DNA from: an uncultured Alphaproteobacteria bacterium
GTDB lineage: Bacteria > Pseudomonadota > Alphaproteobacteria > CBDUZE01
Direction of reading: 5' to 3'
NCBI GenBank assembly: GCA_965371625.1
Contig: CBDUZE010000021.1
Coordinates: 1,725 to 65,724, forward strand
Length of the DNA stretch: 64,000 bases
Under the pieces are notes generated by a model that was not told the origin of the DNA, ran no database searches, and worked only from the letters and a program-made list of their open reading frames with translations. The translations under genes were made by a program, and so were the position numbers. This document shows, piece by piece, positions 59,725 through 64,000 of this stretch (position 1 is the first letter of the stretch; the number at the start of each line of letters is the position of its first letter).

Positions 59725-60297
59725 ATGCTGTTCCGAGCACGCTCGAGGCCCGGGCCGGGGCAGCGCTTGCGCCAGTTCCTGTGGCCGCGCTCGGGGTGGC
59801 GGCGGGCGGCGAACTATCTCTGGTACCGGCTCGCCCGGCTGCCGGGAACGCCGCACAGCATCGCCGCCGGCCTGGCCTGCGGCGCGGCGATGTCCTTCAC
59901 CCCCTTCGTCGGCCTCCACTTCGTATTCGCGGCGCTCATCGCCTGGGCGATCGGCGCCAACATCATCGCCTCGGCCATCGGCACCGTCCTCGGCAACCCC
60001 TGGACCTTTCCCCTGATCTGGCTCTGGACCTACGAGCTCGGCGCCTGGATCCTGGGCCTCGATCCCGGCCTCGGCCTGCACATCGAGCTCTCCTATTCGT
60101 ATTTGGTGGACAACGTCTATCGCCTGTTGTTACCCATGTTGGTGGGCAGCCTGCCCATCAGCGCGGTGGTCTGGCTCGCGGTCTATTGGCCGACGCGTTA
60201 CCTGGTGGCGGGTTTCCAGCACGCGCGCCGGCTCAGGCGCGAGCGCCGCGCCCCGAGCGCGGCCGAGTCCGGCAATCAGGAGGAGTCGACGAAATGA
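59725..60297 (+). CDS. DUF2062 domain membrane protein
   Basis: [24 protein letters not shown]...[10 protein letters not shown] matches the family. The start was set at the ATG at 59725. There is an ATGA overlap with pdxJ. Confidence 0.75.
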   Translation: MLFRARSRPGPGQRLRQFLWPRSGWRRAANYLWYRLARLPGTPHSIAAGLACGAAMSFTPFVGLHFVFAALIAWAIGANIIASAIGTVLGNPWTFPLIWLWTYELGAWILGLDPGLGLHIELSYSYLVDNVYRLLLPMLVGSLPISAVVWLAVYWPTRYLVAGFQHARRLRRERRAPSAAESGNQEESTK

Positions 60298-61049
60298 CGG
60301 CCAAGCTGCGACTGGGCGTCAACATCGATCACGTCGCCACCATCCGCAACGCCCGCGGCGGTCGCCACCCCGACCCGGTGCGCGCCGCCAAGCTCGCCGC
60401 CGCGGCGGGGGCCGACGGCATCACCGCGCATCTGCGCGAGGATCGCCGGCACATCTCCGACGACGACATCCGGCGCTTGGGCGAGGACATCGAGGTGCCG
60501 CTGAACCTCGAGATGGCGGCCACCGACGAGATGTTGGAGATCGCGCTCAGGCATCGGCCCCACGCCGCCTGCCTGGTGCCCGAGAAGCGCCAGGAGGTGA
60601 CCACCGAGGGCGGCCTCGACGCGGCGGGCGGAAAGGACCATCTCGAGCGCTTCATCGCCGCGCTCGGCGCCGCCGGCGTCCGGGTCTCGTTGTTCATCGA
60701 CCCCGAGGACGACCAGCTCGCGGCGGCCAAGGCGCTGGGCGCGCCGGTCGTCGAGCTCCACACCGGCGCCTATTGCGAGGCCGGGCCCGAGGCGCGCGAG
60801 GGCGAGTACCAGCGCCTGGTGGCGGCCGCGCGCCAGGCCCACGAGATCGGGCTCGAGTGCCACGCCGGCCACGGGCTGAGCTTCGGGACCGTGGCTCCGG
60901 TGGCGGCGATCGCCACCATCGTCGAGCTCAACATCGGCCATTTCCTGATCGGCGAGGCCATCTTCGGCGGCCTCGACAGCGCCATTCGGCGCATGCGGGG
61001 GTTGATGGATCAGGCCCGCGCCGACGCCACCGGCGCCGAGAGCGCCTGA
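60294..61049 (+). CDS. pdxJ: pyridoxine 5'-phosphate synthase
   Basis: [16 protein letters not shown]...[12 protein letters not shown]...LNLEMA...VELHTG...HAGHGL matches PdxJ. Confidence 0.95.
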   Translation: MTAKLRLGVNIDHVATIRNARGGRHPDPVRAAKLAAAAGADGITAHLREDRRHISDDDIRRLGEDIEVPLNLEMAATDEMLEIALRHRPHAACLVPEKRQEVTTEGGLDAAGGKDHLERFIAALGAAGVRVSLFIDPEDDQLAAAKALGAPVVELHTGAYCEAGPEAREGEYQRLVAAARQAHEIGLECHAGHGLSFGTVAPVAAIATIVELNIGHFLIGEAIFGGLDSAIRRMRGLMDQARADATGAESA

Positions 61050-61063
61050 GACGAGGCGCGCGC

Positions 61064-61471
61064 ATGATCATCGGGCTCGGCAACGACATCATCGATATCC
61101 GCCGCATCGAGCGCACCCTCGAGCGCTTCGGCGAGCGCTTCATCGCGCGCATCTTCACCGAGGTGGAGCGAGAGAAGTCGGAGCGACGCGCCGACCGCGC
61201 GGCCTCGTACGCCAAGCGCTTCGCCGCCAAGGAGGCCTGCTCGAAGGCGCTCGGCACCGGCTTCCGCCGCGGCGTCTACTGGCGCGACATGGGGGTCGTC
61301 AACCTGGGCTCGGGCAAGCCCACCATCCGGCTCACCGGCGGGGCGCGGGCCCGCCTCGACGAGCTCACCCCGGACGGCATGGTGGCCCAGGTCGACCTCA
61401 GCCTCACCGACGACCACCCGCTGGCCCAGGCCATCGTGCTGATTTCCGCCGTTCCCGATAGGTCGGCCTGA
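61064..61471 (+). CDS. acpS: holo-[acyl-carrier-protein] synthase
   Basis: [16 protein letters not shown]...[14 protein letters not shown]...SLTDD matches AcpS. Confidence 0.9.
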   Translation: MIIGLGNDIIDIRRIERTLERFGERFIARIFTEVEREKSERRADRAASYAKRFAAKEACSKALGTGFRRGVYWRDMGVVNLGSGKPTIRLTGGARARLDELTPDGMVAQVDLSLTDDHPLAQAIVLISAVPDRSA

Positions 61472-61533
61472 GAGGGCCAAGGACAAGCCGTGGCGCGGCG
61501 GCGACCGCGGCCGCCGCCAGGAGACAACCAGGC

Positions 61534-62310
61534 ATGCCGGAAGCGAGAGGGCAAAGAAGGACGTTGAGCAAGGAAAACGAGCGCAAGAGCTGGTTTCTGG
61601 AAACCTTGAAGACGGTGGTCTACGCCGTCCTCATCGCGCTCGGCATCCGCACCATCGCCTTCGAGCCCTTCAACATCCCCTCGGAGTCGATGCTGCCGAC
61701 GCTCCTGGTCGGCGATTACCTGTTCGTCTCCAAGTACTCCTACGGCTACAGCCGCCACTCGATACCGCTGAGCCCGCCGCTGTTCGAGGGCCGGGTGCTC
61801 AGCCGCCCGCCCGAGCGCGGCGACGTCGCGGTGTTCAAGCTGCCGCGCGACAACAAGACCGATTACATCAAGCGCATCGTCGGCCTGCCGGGCGATCGTT
61901 TGCAGATGCTGGGCGGCGTCCTCTACATCAACGACGAGGCGGTGAAGCGCGAGCGCGTCGCCGACTTCCTCTATCGCGACCGCATGGGGAACCCCTACCG
62001 CATCCCGCGCTACCGCGAGACCCTGCCCAACGGGGTGAGCTACGACACCCTCGACCTGATCAAGAACGGCGAGCACGACAACACCAAGGTCTACGCGGTG
62101 CCGCCCGGCCATTACTTCGCCATGGGCGACAACCGCGACAACTCGCTCGACAGCCGCGTCAAAACCGGGGTCGGCATGGTGCCGGCCGAGAACCTGGTGG
62201 GCCGGGCCGAGATCCTGTTCTTCTCCACCGACGGTCGGGCGCGCCTGTGGGAGTTCTGGAAGTGGCCGATGGCGACCCGCTTCAGCCGCGTCTTCCAATT
62301 CGTGGACTGA
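61534..62310 (+). CDS. lepB: signal peptidase I
   Basis: It has box B IPSESMLPTL, the region GDVAVFK, KRIVGLPGD and box E GDNRDNSLDSR. Confidence 0.9.
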   Translation: MPEARGQRRTLSKENERKSWFLETLKTVVYAVLIALGIRTIAFEPFNIPSESMLPTLLVGDYLFVSKYSYGYSRHSIPLSPPLFEGRVLSRPPERGDVAVFKLPRDNKTDYIKRIVGLPGDRLQMLGGVLYINDEAVKRERVADFLYRDRMGNPYRIPRYRETLPNGVSYDTLDLIKNGEHDNTKVYAVPPGHYFAMGDNRDNSLDSRVKTGVGMVPAENLVGRAEILFFSTDGRARLWEFWKWPMATRFSRVFQFVD

Positions 62311-62319
62311 GGGTGACCC

Positions 62320-63036
62320 GTGGGGCGGAAGGTGACCGGGCGCCGCCGCGAGCCCCTGGCGAGCGCCCTCGGCTACAGCTTCGAGCGGCCCGAGCTGCTC
62401 CGCGAAGCCCTCACCCACCCCAGCCTCAGCCCCACCGGGCGCCGCGCCGGCCACTACGAGCGCCTCGAGTTCCTGGGCGACCGGGTGCTCGGGCTGGTGG
62501 TCGCCGACGAGCTCTTGCGGCGCTTCCCCGGCGCCGACTCGGGCGAGCTGGCGCCCCGCCTCAACGCCCTGGTGTGCCGCGACGCCCTGGTCGCGGTGGC
62601 CGAGGCCATCGCGCTGGGCGCCCAGGTCGAGATGGCGCGGGCCGAGCGCGAGGCGGGCGGAGCCGAGAAGCCCGGGCTCCTGGCCGACGCCTGCGAGGCG
62701 CTGATCGGGGCGCTCTACCTCGACGGCGGGCTCGAGCCCGCGGCGGCCTTCATCCGGCGCCACTGGGAGACCATGATCGCGGCGCTGGAGGAGGCGCCCA
62801 AGGACGCCAAGACGCGGCTCCAGGAGTGGGCCCAGGCGCGCGACAAGCCGCCCCCCACCTACCGCACGGTGGCCTCCGAGGGGCCGCCCCACGCTCCCCG
62901 CTTCACCGTCGAGGCGCTGGTCGAGGGGCTTGAGCCGCTCACCGCCTCGGGCGCCAGCAAGCGCGCCGCCGAGCACCAGGCGGCCACGGCCATGCTGGCG
63001 GCGCTCGATGCTGAGGGCCAACTCGGCGATGGCTGA
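62320..63036 (+). CDS. rnc: ribonuclease III
   Basis: LGYSFERPELLREALTHPS...ERLEFLGDRVL is the RNase III signature. A C-terminal dsRBD follows (KDAKTRLQEWAQ...). The start is a GTG. Confidence 0.9.
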   Translation: MGRKVTGRRREPLASALGYSFERPELLREALTHPSLSPTGRRAGHYERLEFLGDRVLGLVVADELLRRFPGADSGELAPRLNALVCRDALVAVAEAIALGAQVEMARAEREAGGAEKPGLLADACEALIGALYLDGGLEPAAAFIRRHWETMIAALEEAPKDAKTRLQEWAQARDKPPPTYRTVASEGPPHAPRFTVEALVEGLEPLTASGASKRAAEHQAATAMLAALDAEGQLGDG

Positions 63037-63958
63037 GGCGGGGGCGCCGCCGGAGGACGCGGCCGCGCCCCGGCGCTGCGGCTTCGTCGCCCTGGTCGGC
63101 GCCCCCAACGTCGGCAAGTCGACGCTCCTCAACGCGCTGGTGGGCGCCAAGGTCTCGATCGTCACGCCCAAGGTGCAGACCACGCGGAGCCGCGTCACCG
63201 CGATCGCCGTCTCCGGCCCCGCCCAGCTCGTCTTCGTCGACACCCCCGGCATCTTCGAGCCCCGGCGGCGGCTCGAGCGGGCGATGGTGGCGGCGGCCTG
63301 GGTCGGCGCCCACGACGCCGACGTGGTGGTGCTGCTGGTCGACGCCCGCCAAGGCCTCGAGAAGGACGGGCGGCGCATCATCGCCGGCCTGAAACGCGCC
63401 CGGGCCAAGGCGGTGCTGGCGCTCAACAAGATCGACCTGATCGAGCGCACCCGGCTCCTCGGGCTTGCCGCCGAGCTCGACCGGGAAGGCATCTTCGCCC
63501 GCATCTTCATGATCTCGGCGCTCTCGGGCGACGGCGTCGGCGACCTCAAGGACCACCTCGCCGCCGGCCTGCCCAAGGGGCCCTGGCTTTACCCCGAGGA
63601 CCAGCTCGCCGACATGCCCGAGCGCCTGCTCGCCGCCGAGCTCACCCGCGAGAAGCTCTTTCTCGCGCTCCACCAGGAGCTCCCCTACGCCGTCACCGTC
63701 GAGACCGAGAGCTGGACCGAGCTCAAGGACGGCAGCCTGCGCATCGAGCAGGTGATCTACGTCCGCCGCGACACCCAGAAGGCGATCGTGCTGGGCAAGG
63801 CCGGGCGCCGCGTCAAGGCCATCGGCCAGGCCTCCCGCGAGGAGCTTCAAGAGCTGCTCGGGCGCCGCGTCCACCTCTTCCTGTTCGTCAAGGTGCGCGA
63901 GAAATGGCCCGACGACCCCGAGCGCTACCGCGAGATGGGGCTGGAGTTTCCGCGCTGA
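63029..63958 (+). CDS. era: GTPase Era
   Basis: G1 is GAPNVGKST, G3 is DTPG and G4 is NKID. A KH domain is present (...VTVETESW...IYVRRDTQKAIVLGKAG). The ATG at 63029 overlaps the rnc end by 8 nt. Confidence 0.95.
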   Translation: MAEAGAPPEDAAAPRRCGFVALVGAPNVGKSTLLNALVGAKVSIVTPKVQTTRSRVTAIAVSGPAQLVFVDTPGIFEPRRRLERAMVAAAWVGAHDADVVVLLVDARQGLEKDGRRIIAGLKRARAKAVLALNKIDLIERTRLLGLAAELDREGIFARIFMISALSGDGVGDLKDHLAAGLPKGPWLYPEDQLADMPERLLAAELTREKLFLALHQELPYAVTVETESWTELKDGSLRIEQVIYVRRDTQKAIVLGKAGRRVKAIGQASREELQELLGRRVHLFLFVKVREKWPDDPERYREMGLEFPR

Positions 63959-64000
63959 GGGGGTGCCCACCGACCGCCGCCGCGCGTTTTCGCGCTCTTC

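Overview
By eye this is a strongly G+C-rich chromosomal segment, and gene content and synteny look alphaproteobacterial. I call about 70 genes, most of them housekeeping. They include proC (partial), ilvE, the translationally coupled chain pgsA-mobB-moeA-moaD-moaE, uvrC, folB, uvrB, an aspartate aminotransferase, an EF-G paralog, msrP, accA, dapA, smpB and folK. The conserved block rpoZ-spoT-DUF2062-pdxJ-acpS-lepB-rnc-era closes the window. I found no rRNA, tRNA, CRISPR array, integrase or transposase.

The features not explained by ordinary genes are:
1. An array of eleven contiguous 11-nt repeats (35709-35829) fills the AraC/MFS divergent intergenic region and runs into the MFS start codon.
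2. A 148-nt double-hairpin, MITE-like element occurs in two inverted copies (33160-33307 and 43987-44134). Each copy abuts a TAG stop codon, and together they bracket a 10.7-kb segment.
3. A compositionally mosaic, AT-richer island lies at about 47.95-52.45 kb. It carries orphan genes, including a 472-aa protein with a C-terminal HEPN-type RNxxxH motif at the end of a four-gene co-directional cluster. This is my best candidate for an undescribed defence-like system.
4. A second AT-rich islet (about 37.62-38.54 kb) encodes a secreted orphan protein interrupted by an in-frame TAA.
5. Three decayed toxin-antitoxin remnants are present: MNT plus a nonsense-mutated HepT, a higA 3' fragment, and a vapC-like 3' fragment.
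6. An uncharacterised operon encodes two DUF1538 membrane proteins, a PII-like protein and a CBS protein.

All family assignments come from motif recognition in the translated ORFs. No database search was run.
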